Shown here piece by piece: positions 7,925 through 17,944 of a DNA stretch of 33,778 nucleotides (positions are counted from its first letter, which is position 1; every line of letters begins with the position of its first letter). The position numbers and the translations under genes were made by a program. Below the pieces are notes generated by a model. That model did no database searches. It worked only from the letters and a program-made list of their open reading frames with translations, and was not told the origin of the DNA. Source of the DNA: Simkaniaceae bacterium (GTDB lineage: Bacteria; Chlamydiota; Chlamydiia; Chlamydiales; Simkaniaceae); the NCBI GenBank assembly GCA_050248615.1, contig JBFWSA010000022.1, positions 1-33,778 of the forward strand. The letters run 5' to 3'.

Positions 7925-10607
7925 ATAGTTTTTTTCTTTTCTCCCATTTTCCATAAGCAAATAGTTTGGGCATAAATTTTTTTCTTAATGTTTCTAAAAG
8001 GAAAATGCTTAGTCCTGGAAGAATACAAAGTATCCAATCTTTCCATGTTAAAAAAGTTATCATGAAAATGGGTTTAAAAACAGGGGTATAGAGAATTAAT
8101 ATTAATAAAATCAAAGCAGTAAGACCAGAAATATTCAACATCTTATTTTTAAAAAAACCTAATTGAAATGCTGATCGTTCATCTGAACGCATTTGTAGTG
8201 CCATGAACCATTCATAAAGAATAACTGAACAAAAGGTCATACTTCTTGCATGGGGTAAATCGCTTGTTTTGAGCGAAAAATAAAAGATCAGAAAAACCCC
8301 AATACTCAACACAAATGAAAGATAAATGATTCGTAATACCATACCTGGAAAAATTAACCGTACACCATGACCTCTTGGGGGATAACTCAATTCATCACCT
8401 TCTTTAGGTTCCATACCAATCGGGATTGCAACCATAGAGCCGGTAATTAAATTAATCCACAAAATTTGAAGAGGCTCTAGAGGTGAAATTTGAAAGGTCA
8501 AAAAGGCAACTAAAATTGTGATAACTTCACCAAAACAAGTCGTTAATAAAAACGCGGTTACATGGCGTAAGCGGTTAAAAATTAATCTCCCTTCTTCAAC
8601 ACAGTCAACAATTGTAGCAAAATTATCATCAGTCAAAATAATATCAGAAGATTCCTTAGCCACATCTGTTCCGGTAATTCCCATGGAGATTCCAATATCA
8701 GCAGCTTCTAATGCAGGAGCATCGTTAACACCATCTCCTGTCATTCCAACAAGTTGCTTTAAAGCTTTACAAGCATGGACAATGCGTAGTTTATGCATGG
8801 GCTCTATCCGTGCAAAAATATGCGTCTTTTTAACTGTTTCCATTAGTTCTTCATCGTTTAATTTATCTAGTTGTTGTCCAGTTACAACTCCATCAGAATT
8901 AAGATTTAGCTGTTTTGCAATTGCTCCAGCAGTCATGTGATTATCACCAGTAATCATTTTGACTGTAATTCCAGCTTGCTTACACTTCTCAATAGCCTCT
9001 TTAGCCTCTTCTCTTGGGGGGTCAATCATGCCTAGAAACCCAACAAAGATAAGATCTTTCTGAACTGCTTTTTCATCCCATTTTTGAGGATCAAATAATT
9101 TGTAAGCTGTTGCTAAAACTCTAAGACCTCTCTGAGCCATTTCTTGCAGTCTTTGATGAAAAGCATTCTGATCTTGCTGGGATAATTCCTTGATTTGACC
9201 ATTCTCCAATACACGATTGCAAAATGTCAGAATCTTTTCAGGCGATCCTTTGACTAGACCAAACTTTTCCTGATCTACGGAGTTTAGTGTCGCCATCCAC
9301 TGCCGTTCACTGCTAAAAGAAATTTCATTCTCTCGAGGATGCTGTGTATCTAGGCTTACTTTATCCAATTTTAAGTGATCTAATGCTTGCAGAATGGCAA
9401 TTTCCGTTGGATCTCCAAGAAATTCAATTTGATCACCATTACGACTGTATGTAGCATCATTACAAAGGACTCCTATTTTAAGTGCCATCAATAGATCTGG
9501 ATCTTCTGTACCTTCGAAAGAAGAATCTCCCAGCTTAAACTGTTCCTTATCAAGAGACACTTTTTTCCATAAAGTTGCAATCTCGACAAGAGTCATATGA
9601 TTTAATGTGAGAGTACCTGTTTTATCTGAACAAATCACATTTGTGGCACCTAGAGTTTCAACAGCAAGAAGCTTGCGGATAATGCCGTTTTTTTTAGAAA
9701 GTCGGTGTACTCCTGCGGCTAAGACAACAGTCATTGTTGCTGGAAGACCTTCTGGAATCGCAGCAACTGCAATTGCCACGCAAAGGATAAACAATTCTAT
9801 CCACTCCATTTGGAGTGAAATCCCAATCCCGATAAATCCAGCAACAATCCCTGTAACTACAAGTAGCATCCAATACCCTAATTTTTTGATACTTTCTTGA
9901 AGGGGAGTTAGTTGCTTCTGTGGTTTTTGCAATTGTGCTGCAATCTTTCCAAACTCAGTTGTCATTCCTGTTGTACAAATCACCGCTAAAGCTTTTCCAT
10001 GAGAAACAACAGTTCCTGTATAAATCATATTTTTTCTGTCTGCTAATTGTGTTGCTTGGGGTACAGGATGAATGCTCTTCTCAATTGGTAGAGACTCTCC
10101 AGTGAGAGAAGCTTCATTCACCTGAAAATTGAAAACTTCAAACAACCTTGCGTCGGCAGGAATGCGATCCCCTGCTTCCAATAATAGAATATCACCGGGC
10201 ACGCATTCTCGGGATGGAACCTTCTTCAAGACCCTATCTCTTTTAACTTTTGCTTGAGGAGCTGTTAGACTTTTAAGTGCCTTCATTGTTTTTTCTGCTT
10301 TCGCTTCTTGAAAAAAACTAATGATCACCATAAAGAGGATGGTTATAGCGATCACAGTCCCTTCAAATAACGAAGAGAGAAAAAGCTTTAAAATAACAGC
10401 TGCTAAGAGAACCCAAATAAGGGGATTAAGAAACTGATGGAAGAAAATGTGAATAAGTGAGAGGCGCTTTTTTTCTGTGATCTCATTCCATCCATATTCT
10501 TGTAATCGCTTTTTGACTTCTTCTTCATTCAACCCATCTCTATCAGTTGATAACTTACTTAAAATGTTTTTAATTTCTGAAGAATGCCAATCCATAATCT
10601 CAACCAC
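7923..10607 (-). CDS. Cation-transporting P-type ATPase, P2A (Ca2+-ATPase-like)
   Basis: LTGES, IPEGL, CSDKTGTLT, KGSPE, DPPR, MITGDN and GDGVNDAPAL. Start is GTG 10607 or ATG 10595. Confidence 0.93.
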   Translation of the reverse strand: MVEIMDWHSSEIKNILSKLSTDRDGLNEEEVKKRLQEYGWNEITEKKRLSLIHIFFHQFLNPLIWVLLAAVILKLFLSSLFEGTVIAITILFMVIISFFQEAKAEKTMKALKSLTAPQAKVKRDRVLKKVPSRECVPGDILLLEAGDRIPADARLFEVFNFQVNEASLTGESLPIEKSIHPVPQATQLADRKNMIYTGTVVSHGKALAVICTTGMTTEFGKIAAQLQKPQKQLTPLQESIKKLGYWMLLVVTGIVAGFIGIGISLQMEWIELFILCVAIAVAAIPEGLPATMTVVLAAGVHRLSKKNGIIRKLLAVETLGATNVICSDKTGTLTLNHMTLVEIATLWKKVSLDKEQFKLGDSSFEGTEDPDLLMALKIGVLCNDATYSRNGDQIEFLGDPTEIAILQALDHLKLDKVSLDTQHPRENEISFSSERQWMATLNSVDQEKFGLVKGSPEKILTFCNRVLENGQIKELSQQDQNAFHQRLQEMAQRGLRVLATAYKLFDPQKWDEKAVQKDLIFVGFLGMIDPPREEAKEAIEKCKQAGITVKMITGDNHMTAGAIAKQLNLNSDGVVTGQQLDKLNDEELMETVKKTHIFARIEPMHKLRIVHACKALKQLVGMTGDGVNDAPALEAADIGISMGITGTDVAKESSDIILTDDNFATIVDCVEEGRLIFNRLRHVTAFLLTTCFGEVITILVAFLTFQISPLEPLQILWINLITGSMVAIPIGMEPKEGDELSYPPRGHGVRLIFPGMVLRIIYLSFVLSIGVFLIFYFSLKTSDLPHARSMTFCSVILYEWFMALQMRSDERSAFQLGFFKNKMLNISGLTALILLILILYTPVFKPIFMITFLTWKDWILCILPGLSIFLLETLRKKFMPKLFAYGKWEKRKKL

Positions 10608-10656
10608 AATTCAACTTCAAAAGGTAAATTTTCAGCTACACCAAAGCACTGTAATT

Positions 10657-10707
10657 TTTGATCTTAAGTTGATCTGAATTTCTTATATTAGGTCACTTAA
10701 GATCAAA
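10657..10707. repeat. Long inverted repeat upstream of the ATPase
   Basis: TTTGATCTTAAGT (10657-10669) / ACTTAAGATCAAA (10695-10707) with an imperfect inner extension. Confidence 0.7.
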
Positions 10708-10956
10708 GTATTCTAAAAGCTTTCCTGTTTACTTCAAACCAATTTTTAGTTGTTTGAGTGTTTTTTAATCAATAAAAAATAATCGCAATTTTTCTATAAA
10801 AAACTATATATAATTTTTATTTTAAACGCTTGATTAGTCGGATCCGTTTGGTGAGAAGATGTGATGTACCCCATTAAGCAAGCAAAAAAACTGTGAGTCT
10901 TTTGTTTTGTTGTTTATGATAGCTTCGCTTTTTTTTCTATTGAAGAGGAAGGCTGT

Positions 10957-11104
10957 CATGTAACCTCTTGCTGGTTAAAGTTCTCTTCTACATCAAGACG
11001 GAAGGCTCCTTGGACTAATCCAAGGCTATGAAGTTGCTGAAGCCATTGGCAATCTAGGACATCTGATTTTCTCCCACTCACGTTTTTCACATGTCTGGTA
11101 TCTG
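10957..11104 (-). pseudogene. IS110-family transposase fragment
   Basis: The minus strand translates to ADTRHVKNVSGRKSDVLDCQWLQQLHSLGLVQGAFR, matching the IS110 N-terminal motif (RHVKNV.GRK.D..D). Cut by the IS5 element at CTAG 11105. Confidence 0.75.
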
Positions 11105-11936
11105 CTAGATAATGTCGTCAAATTATGATTACTCAGTATATAATGGGTGTGTTTGAAGTATATGCTACATTCACATAGACATCATGATATTTCCACTATC
11201 TATGGGAAAAAATCAAGGACTATCTCCCTGGTGGAGCAGGGAAAGTTGGTCGACAAGCTCAAGATAATCGACTATTTTTAAATGGGGTTTCTGGATTTTA
11301 AGAACAGGTGCTCTCTGTAGAGATCTTTCTCCAGGCCTTGGAGATTGGAAAAATACATAAGGCCGATTTTGCAGGTAGAGAGACCTAGGAGTCTGGCAAA
11401 GTTTATTAGCTATTGTTATTGAAGGTCCAGATTTTGAGTGGTTCATGATCGATGCCAGCTACATAAAAGTTCACCCATATGGAGTGAAGCCGTAGGGGGA
11501 AATCAAGCTATGAGTAGAACAAAAGGGGGCTCAACTCAAAAATGTATGTGGTTGTGACTGTGCATGGTTTGCCAGTCCGATCGCTTATTGCAGAGGGTAC
11601 CGTGGCTGATTGCGCAAAAGCTTCCGAGTTTATCAGTGAGATAAGCGCTGACTATTTGCTTGCAGAACGGGCATATGACACGGATCTATTTTTACAATAT
11701 GTTGATGAAAAAGGAATCCGATCAGTGATTCCATCTAAGAGAAACAGAAAAGTAAAAAGAGAGCACGATAAATACCTCTACAAATTAAGACATCTTGCAG
11801 AAAATGCCATTCTTCATCTCAAATGCTGGAGAGGAATAGCAACGCGTTATGCTAAGCACCCTAGTTCATTCCTAGCTGCAGTATATATAAGGTGTAGGGT
11901 ATTATGGACTTGTTAACTTGACGACACACTATCTAG
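11105..11936 (+). mobile_element. Degenerate IS5-family (IS427-like) element with pseudogenised transposase
   Basis: Ends CTAGATAATGTCGTCAA / TTGACGACACACTATCTAG. Fragments [37 protein letters not shown] and WRGIATRYAK are interrupted by stops and frameshifts. Confidence 0.85.
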
Positions 11937-12062
11937 CGCCCAAAATTTTACAGGATAGGACGGAAAAAATGCCAGACAATTGGGGGGGGATTGGGGATAC
12001 TTCATCCTTGTTAAAATTGATAAATTTTATTAGAAAATGGTAGGAAGAGGTTGTAAAAAAAC

Positions 12063-12959
12063 ATGACTCGTTTCAACTGGTTTTTAAAAAAAATTCCCTT
12101 TCTACTTTGTTTTGCCCTCGTTGCCTATGGGGATGAGGGGTATAAAATGATTTTAGAGAAGGCCTATGAGATGCCTGATGCCCAAGAAATGCGTGTATAT
12201 CAAGATGTGATTTTAGATTGTGGGAAAAATGGGGAAGCTAATTTTACCATTAGTCTTCCTAAAGAGGTCCCGCAAGAGGGGCTTCCTTGCATTTTGATCG
12301 TAGGGGGACTGAAAACGGGAAGGGAAAGCTTACAGTTTATCCCTGATCATGGGGGGTATGCCCTTGTGGCTTATGAATATCCCTCCACGCTTCAAAACTT
12401 ACGCAAGATCAATATCCTGTGGAATCTTTATGCGGTAAGAAAAGCTGCGCTCGATGTTCCTCCCCAACTCCTCTCTATGATCCATTATCTTCAAAAGCAG
12501 TCTTGGATCAATCAAGAACCTATTAGCATGATGGGGTATAGTTTTGGATCGGTTTTTATTCCCATCACCTATGTCACAGCTAGAGAGCACGGGATCCATT
12601 TAGGTCCTGGTGTGATGGCTTATGGAGGGGCAGGAATTTATTGCCTGTTCAAAGCCAATTTGCCCGTTCCCCAGTTCTTAAAGCCCCCCATTGCTATGAT
12701 GGCTGCTGCAACATTTAAGCCCATTGATCCCATTATCTATGCTCCTCGAATGAAAGGGGATTTCCTAATCATTAATGGAATTTACGATACGCAAATTCCG
12801 CTAGAGTGTGCTCACCGGCTGCAGGAACTTGTTCCTGAGCCGAAAAAAGTGATCAATCTCGAAACAGAGCATATGCATCCCGATAATATGGAGCTCACCC
12901 TTCGCCTCATCAAAATCAGTCGTACATGGATCGAAGAAAAACGCTCTCCTAATCCCTAG
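12063..12959 (+). CDS. Secreted alpha/beta-fold hydrolase
   Basis: Signal-peptide-like N-terminus, nucleophile elbow GYSFG, NGIYD (acid) and a C-terminal His (EHMH). Confidence 0.75.
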   Translation: MTRFNWFLKKIPFLLCFALVAYGDEGYKMILEKAYEMPDAQEMRVYQDVILDCGKNGEANFTISLPKEVPQEGLPCILIVGGLKTGRESLQFIPDHGGYALVAYEYPSTLQNLRKINILWNLYAVRKAALDVPPQLLSMIHYLQKQSWINQEPISMMGYSFGSVFIPITYVTAREHGIHLGPGVMAYGGAGIYCLFKANLPVPQFLKPPIAMMAAATFKPIDPIIYAPRMKGDFLIINGIYDTQIPLECAHRLQELVPEPKKVINLETEHMHPDNMELTLRLIKISRTWIEEKRSPNP

Positions 12960-13366
12960 ACAGTCTCTTAGAGGGTGTTTAAAAACTCATTCCAGCCGCC
13001 CTTTCAACCGTGAAGTGCGACAGATAGACAAACTAAAAACTGGTCAGAGATGACTAACCCTTACAGTGCTTTTTATGAGAAACAAATGTAGGAGGAGAAA
13101 TGCCCAAGGGCTATCATCATCTGGCCAGAGATAAAAGGTGCCAGCTGTACACCTTAAAACCAAGAGAAGAAAGTATATCTTTAATAACTAATGAATTAGG
13201 AGTGCATCGATCAACGATTTTGAATTAGGATATCGCTATAAACAAGCTGATAGGAAAGCTAAGACAAGGCGCTACTATGCGAGCTGTCGTAAGATAAAGA
13301 TGAAAGGAAAAACAATCTCGATCATCAAAGAAAAACTGAAATTACAGTGGAGTCCTGAACAAATAT

Positions 13367-13528
13367 GAACCTATCCCACTGATCCATTTCCAGTATTTTT
13401 TGCCTTTTTTCCTGATTTTTCCCTTCATTTTGAGGCCTTGTCTATTGGACAATGTCCTCAAAATGAAGGGAAAAAATCTTCAAGAAAAATCTAAAAAATC
13501 CCCTTAAATGGATTAGTGGGATGGGTTC
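13367..13528. mobile_element. MITE, GAACC-ended, AT duplication, 162 bp, inside IS30
   Basis: TIRs GAACCTATCCCACTGATCCATTT / AAATGGATTAGTGGGATGGGTTC. Removing it restores the IS30 codons WSPEQISGWLK. Confidence 0.9.
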
Positions 13529-13813
13529 ATCAGGATGGCTGAAGAAATGGGAATATGCAAAAAGTGTCAGCCATGAAACGATTTATCAATACATCTGGTA
13601 TGAAAAGCGGATGGGAGGATCGCTCTATAGAGAGCTTAGATACAACGGAAAGAGGTACTATAAGCGAAGGAAAGGAAGAGATGGTCGAGGTTGTATTCCT
13701 GGAAGAATAGATATTAATGAGAGACCAGAAATTGTAGAGGAAAAAACCCGTTTGGGTGACTGGGAACTTGATACAAATATAGGCTCTGGGAAAAGGGGAG
13801 CAATTGTGTCTAT

Positions 13814-13974
13814 GAAGCTATCCTAATAAATCAATTCTGGGGATTTTTATGTGTTTTCTTGGAGATTTAGGAACTGCATGTGAGGGCATTATCGGATGAT
13901 AAGACCGAAAAATGAAGGTTCTAAAGATCCTGAAAACACAAAAAAGATTAGAAATGATTTATTAGGATAGGTTC
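13814..13974. mobile_element. MITE, related GAA(C/G)CTATCC-ended subfamily, AT duplication, 161 bp, inside IS30
   Basis: TIRs GAAGCTATCCTAATAAATCA / TGATTTATTAGGATAGGTTC. Removing it restores GAIVSMVGKASKLTKL. Confidence 0.9.
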
Positions 13975-14007
13975 ATGGTGGGCAAAGCTTCTAAACTAAC
14001 AAAACTA

Positions 14008-14465
14008 ATACAGTTTGACAAAAGTTTTTAAAATAATTTTTGATCCAGCATTGGGTACAATTTTCTAAGCTTGATTCTTGGATCGGCTGTAGTGAACTGC
14101 CAATCGCATTTCACACCAGAAGCATTTCTTGCAGCCTCCCAAGCGGCAACTTCCTGGACAAGCTTTTCTAGCGTGGCAATCCTCCTATTAAGACATTGCT
14201 TCGATAATGCGCTGAATTCTATCTCCGCTATGTTTAGCTAACTCCCATGTTTGGGTGTGTGCTGGATGTCAAATTTGTCTGCGACTCTTTTGGCCGTTGC
14301 TGGATCAAAACGGACGTATAGTGATGCTGGCGAATGTGTATTGAGGTTGTCCATTACTACCGTTACCTTAAGTGCATCAAGGTAGATCTCGTCGACTATA
14401 AATTGCATGCATTCGGCCCAATCCATTTTCGTCCGTCTATCTATCACTTTCACATGCCGTTTCCT
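14008..14465 (-). pseudogene. IS630-family transposase 3' fragment inserted in IS30
   Basis: VVMDNLNTH and TPKHGS*LNIAEIEFS...WQFTT...KLYP with a premature stop. Flanked by TA at 14006-7 and 14466-7; removing it restores IS30 TKLVKVS. Confidence 0.85.
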
Positions 14466-14823
14466 TAGTGAAAGTATCTCAGAATACTGCAGAGGAGGTA
14501 AAAAACGCACTTATCAAGAAGTTAAAGCCCATACAAAATTTTGTGTTAACGTTAACGGCAGATAACGGAAAAGAATTTGCTTACCCTTTAAACCTTATCG
14601 TTCTTGGGAAAGGGGACTTAATGAGCATACGAATGGGTTGATACATCAATATCTTCCTAAAAAACAAAGTTTTAACAATATAACAGATGAAGACGTGGAA
14701 GAAATTAAGTTTCTGCTTAACAACAGGCCTCGGAAAGTGCTAAACTTTTGGACACCGTTAGAGGTTTTTAGTCAGTTCAGTAAAAAGAATGTTATTGTCG
14801 CACTTTGGAATTGAATCGGCGCG

Positions 14824-14976
14824 GTAAGTATTCTCCTTCTTCAGATACTTTTCAAAGAGTCATTCAGTCCCTTAACCCAGCATGTTTACAAAAAGCTCTG
14901 GAAGCATGGTTGAGAAGATCAGGACTAGACAAGCGACCTGGGAGGCAAATTTGTTTCGATGCAAAGGCGTTGAAGT
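14824..14976 (+). pseudogene. ISAs1-family transposase fragment
   Basis: PSSDTFQRV...LNP...W...ICFDAKAL resembles the ISAs1 pattern PSHDTF.RV / IAIDGKTL. Confidence 0.6.
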
Positions 14977-15083
14977 CAAAAATGAAAGCCAAGTTAGGAT
15001 AAAATGTGTTCAGAATGAGGTTCTTAGGTTGTGCTTGGTAAGCTTATTTTTGAATGCGCTAACTCTGCTACTCAAACAAGGGG

Positions 15084-15737
15084 TTATCCGTGAGCGGGCT
15101 GAGGCTTAGCTAATACCTTTTTTGCAAGGTAAGCAATCCCTAGGATGGCTAGCAGGGCCCCTCCGATATAGAAGTAATGATAGTCGTTACTAGCGGGCTT
15201 GGGGTCATGAGGGTCTCGAGGCTTTAGAGGGTCTTCTTCTAAAGGTTTTGGGGGAAGAGGGAGCAAAGTGGTGCGGTAGGGTTCAGGGAGCATCTCGCGG
15301 CTTTTCGCAAAAAAAGCTTGGATTGTAGGGATCTCTTTCAGCGCATCTAGGTGGAAAACGATCTCTTTATCATGTTCAGCTGACTGGAGTACTTCAAATT
15401 GCTGTCTAGCTTTAGTGACATGAAGGAGAACATCTTCACTAAGATTGGTAAAATGTTGGGTAATGATGAGCTCGTCTAGAGTGCCATCTTCCTTGAGAAC
15501 ACTTGCAACAATCATATCTTGGGTATGGACGCGGATAAAAAGGCCAGTAATCGTATCGGTTTCGTCTCGATACCATCCCATGCGCACATTAGCGAGAGCT
15601 CCTTGATAGGTACGGCTGATTCCTTCTTCACTAGAAAGCTTAGTAAGTAAAGGATCATCACACGCTTTTGCGAGCTCCTGATAGGTTACATCAGAAACAT
15701 GATTTTGGATATTTGCAAGCGTTAAGGGTAATGCCAT
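15084..15737 (-). CDS. Orphan protein with Pro-rich linker and C-terminal membrane anchor (paralog 1)
   Basis: MALPLT start after RBS GGAGAAGGA; C-terminal YFYIGGALLAILGIAYLAKK; shares NVRM.W.R.E...ITG.FIR with 16539..17246. Confidence 0.8.
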   Translation of the reverse strand: MALPLTLANIQNHVSDVTYQELAKACDDPLLTKLSSEEGISRTYQGALANVRMGWYRDETDTITGLFIRVHTQDMIVASVLKEDGTLDELIITQHFTNLSEDVLLHVTKARQQFEVLQSAEHDKEIVFHLDALKEIPTIQAFFAKSREMLPEPYRTTLLPLPPKPLEEDPLKPRDPHDPKPASNDYHYFYIGGALLAILGIAYLAKKVLAKPQPAHG

Positions 15738-15813
15738 CGTTCCTTCTCCCAAAGATTGATTTGATAAAAAAAGTATAAAGAAATTCTAGATAAAGATCCA
15801 TTCAAAAAAATTG

Positions 15814-15844
15814 AGAGGGGCGAATGAGCTATTCCCCTCTTTTC
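15814..15844. terminator. Terminator-like hairpin
   Basis: AGAGGGG...CCCCTCT stem with T/A runs on both sides. Confidence 0.45.
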
Positions 15845-16458
15845 CAGTCGGATGAGGAGAAATGTTTTTTTGCCAAAATCCCGATACCAATCATGAGGAG
15901 GAGGGCCGCACCCATTTAGAGGTAGGTAGTGTTGTTAGGAGGCTCGGGAAGTGGGTCTTGAGGAACCGGAAGAGGGTCTTTAGGTGCTGCTGGGGGAAAA
16001 ATCCGCTCTCTTAAGAGATTCAGGAAGGACATCTCGGTCTTGATCAAAAAAAGTGGCAATTGTTTCACGGTAACTGATCTGTGTAATGTTCAACACAGGT
16101 TCCGCATCATCGGCTTTAGGTTTTTGCATATCTCCAAAAGATCCATCCATAGAACGGGGAAACCCAGAGTCAAGCGTTGTGGAGTTCTCTTGGATCCATA
16201 TCATGTTATGTTATTTATCCCATCCATTAGGCATGATCCAGGCGATCATACTTCCATCATGAAAAATTATGCGGATAAAGATAGCTGTGATTTCATGCGC
16301 CTCGTTGTGATGCCAGAACATGCGAACAGTAAACACTGCATCATTACATCTTCGTAAAACCCCTTCTGGGGCAAAAAATTTGGGGATATCATTGTCTGTA
16401 AAGCTTTCCCGAATGTACTTATTCGGAGAGTGTGATAGGTAAGGGGTGGCAATGCCAT
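15829..16458 (-). pseudogene. Pseudogene of the same tail-anchored family (paralog 2)
   Basis: MALPP start followed by a frameshift; FFAPEGVL, VRMFWH, GSMIAWIMPN and ATFFDQDR.VLPESL; in-frame TAA stops in DK*HNMIW and TYL*MGAALLL. Confidence 0.85.
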
Positions 16459-16538
16459 ATAAATCTATCTCCAAGGTCTTTTGGGGAGAAATTATATAGC
16501 ACCATTTTATTTATACCCAAACTAATTCAAAAGTTGAA

Positions 16539-17246
16539 TTAGGCTTTTCCTGACAGAAAGGTTGTGGGTGTTTGGGCGGGGACTTGAGAAGGGACTACCG
16601 GAAGAATAGTGGGAGGCTCAGGATTGTTAAAATATTTTTTCGCCAAAATTGCGATACCGATCAGGAGGAGGAGGGCTGCACCCATGTAGAGGTAGGTATG
16701 GTTATTGCGAGGAAGGAAAAGGGGATTTTGAGGTGCTGGTGGGAAAATCCGCACTCGTAGAGATTCGGGAAGGACTTCTCGGTCTTGATCAAAAAAAGCG
16801 GCAATTGCTTCAGGGGTATCGATCTCTCTAATGTTTAACACAGGCTCCACATCGTCGGGGTTAGGGTTTTGCATATTTCCAAAAGTCCCTTCCATTTCAT
16901 AGGGAAAGCCTTCTCCAAAAACAGGTCTTCCAGTAAGTTTTGTCTGATTGTTTCGGATCCATATCATGTTATGCTCTTGATCCCAGGCATTCGGCATGAT
17001 CCAGGCGATCATACTTCCCTCTTTAAGAATGATGCGGATAAAGATCCCTGTGATTGCATTGGCCTCATTGCGATGCCAGAACATGCGCACATTAAATGCT
17101 CCATCATGCGCTCTTAGCAAAACTCCTTCTGGGGCAAAAAAGTGAGGGATGACGCTATCATCTCGAAATTTATCTTGAAGAGTCTGATTCGGACTATCTG
17201 ATAGAAAAGGGCGAATCCCTTCACGTGTAAGCGGCGGTAATGCCAT
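16539..17246 (-). CDS. Orphan protein with C-terminal membrane anchor (paralog 3)
   Basis: The MALPPLT start at 17246 matches the paralogs; TM segment YLYMGAALLLLIGIAILAKK; Pro/Thr-rich tail. Confidence 0.8.
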   Translation of the reverse strand: MALPPLTREGIRPFLSDSPNQTLQDKFRDDSVIPHFFAPEGVLLRAHDGAFNVRMFWHRNEANAITGIFIRIILKEGSMIAWIMPNAWDQEHNMIWIRNNQTKLTGRPVFGEGFPYEMEGTFGNMQNPNPDDVEPVLNIREIDTPEAIAAFFDQDREVLPESLRVRIFPPAPQNPLFLPRNNHTYLYMGAALLLLIGIAILAKKYFNNPEPPTILPVVPSQVPAQTPTTFLSGKA

Positions 17247-17395
17247 AGTACTTTCCCCTGAGTTTGTTTTTGGGAAAAAATTATAAGGAATTTCTCTATT
17301 CCAGGGAATATTAAAAATATTTATAGATAAAGTTGGTTTCGCGCTAGCCCAAAACCAACTTTTGAAGTTATTTGAGTATACTATATAAGGAAAGC

Positions 17396-17944
17396 ATGGC
17401 AAAGAAACTGGCACACTATGCTAAACGGCGCAATGTAAAGAAGTCAAAAGAGCCTCAGGCAAAGGTTGTTACATCTAAGGGGAATCCGACCTTTGTGGTG
17501 CAGCAACATGCGGCGCGGAGGATGCACTATGATGTCCGACTTGAGGTGGGAGGCGTATTGAAATCATGGGCGGTTCCCAAGGGACCCTCCCTCAATCCGG
17601 GTGTCAAACGCCTGGCGGTTCTTACTGAGGATCACCCTCTTTCTTATAAAAATTTTGAGGGGCGGATTCCAGAAGGGGAGTATGGTGCAGGAGGTGTTTT
17701 GGTGTGGGATCGGGGAAAATACCGCAATTTGAAAGAGGGGACGATGCAAACAGCGTTTCGTAAAGGGCGGATTGAGGTGTTTTTGAAGGGGAAGAAGCTT
17801 TATGGAGGGTTTGCTTTGGTGCGGTTTCAGGGAAAAAACTGGTTACTCATTAAGATGAAAGATGCTTATGCCGATCGGAGGAAAAATGTGGTGAAAGCGG
17901 AGCCCCATTCGGTAAAATCGGGAAGGACGATCGATGAAATTTAA
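17396..17944 (+). CDS. ligD (PE): LigD 3'-phosphoesterase (PE) domain, stand-alone
   Basis: FVVQQH.ARRMHYD.RLE, LKSWAVPKGP, RLAV.TEDHP and YGAG.V.VWD.G; RBS AAGGA before ATG 17396. Confidence 0.92.
   Translation: MAKKLAHYAKRRNVKKSKEPQAKVVTSKGNPTFVVQQHAARRMHYDVRLEVGGVLKSWAVPKGPSLNPGVKRLAVLTEDHPLSYKNFEGRIPEGEYGAGGVLVWDRGKYRNLKEGTMQTAFRKGRIEVFLKGKKLYGGFALVRFQGKNWLLIKMKDAYADRRKNVVKAEPHSVKSGRTIDEI

Larger units (their letters stand above)
12998..14820 (+). mobile_element. Degenerate IS30-family element carrying three nested insertions
   Basis: Imperfect 24-bp TIRs GCCCTTTCAACCGTGAAGTGCGAC / GTCGCACTTTGGAATTGAATCGGC. Transposase pieces from ATG 13100: MPKGYHHL, WSPEQI, SHETIYQY, GDWELDT, DNGKEFA, NEHTNGL and LNNRPRKVL. 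Confidence 0.9.

Noticed and set aside
8518..8940. Antisense and alternate-frame ORFs inside well-supported genes (also 999..1214, 1930..2214, 5645..5980, 16040..16357, 19376..19660, 20300..20545, 23434..23706 and similar)
   Set aside because: They are shadows of real coding sequence with no independent motifs.
13521..13826. 101-aa ORF as an independent gene
   Set aside because: It is an IS30 transposase piece whose start and stop come from the flanking MITEs.
17247..17414. N-terminal extension of ORF 16539..17414
   Set aside because: It is AT-rich intergenic-like sequence overlapping the divergent LigD-PE start, and the paralogs begin at MALP.
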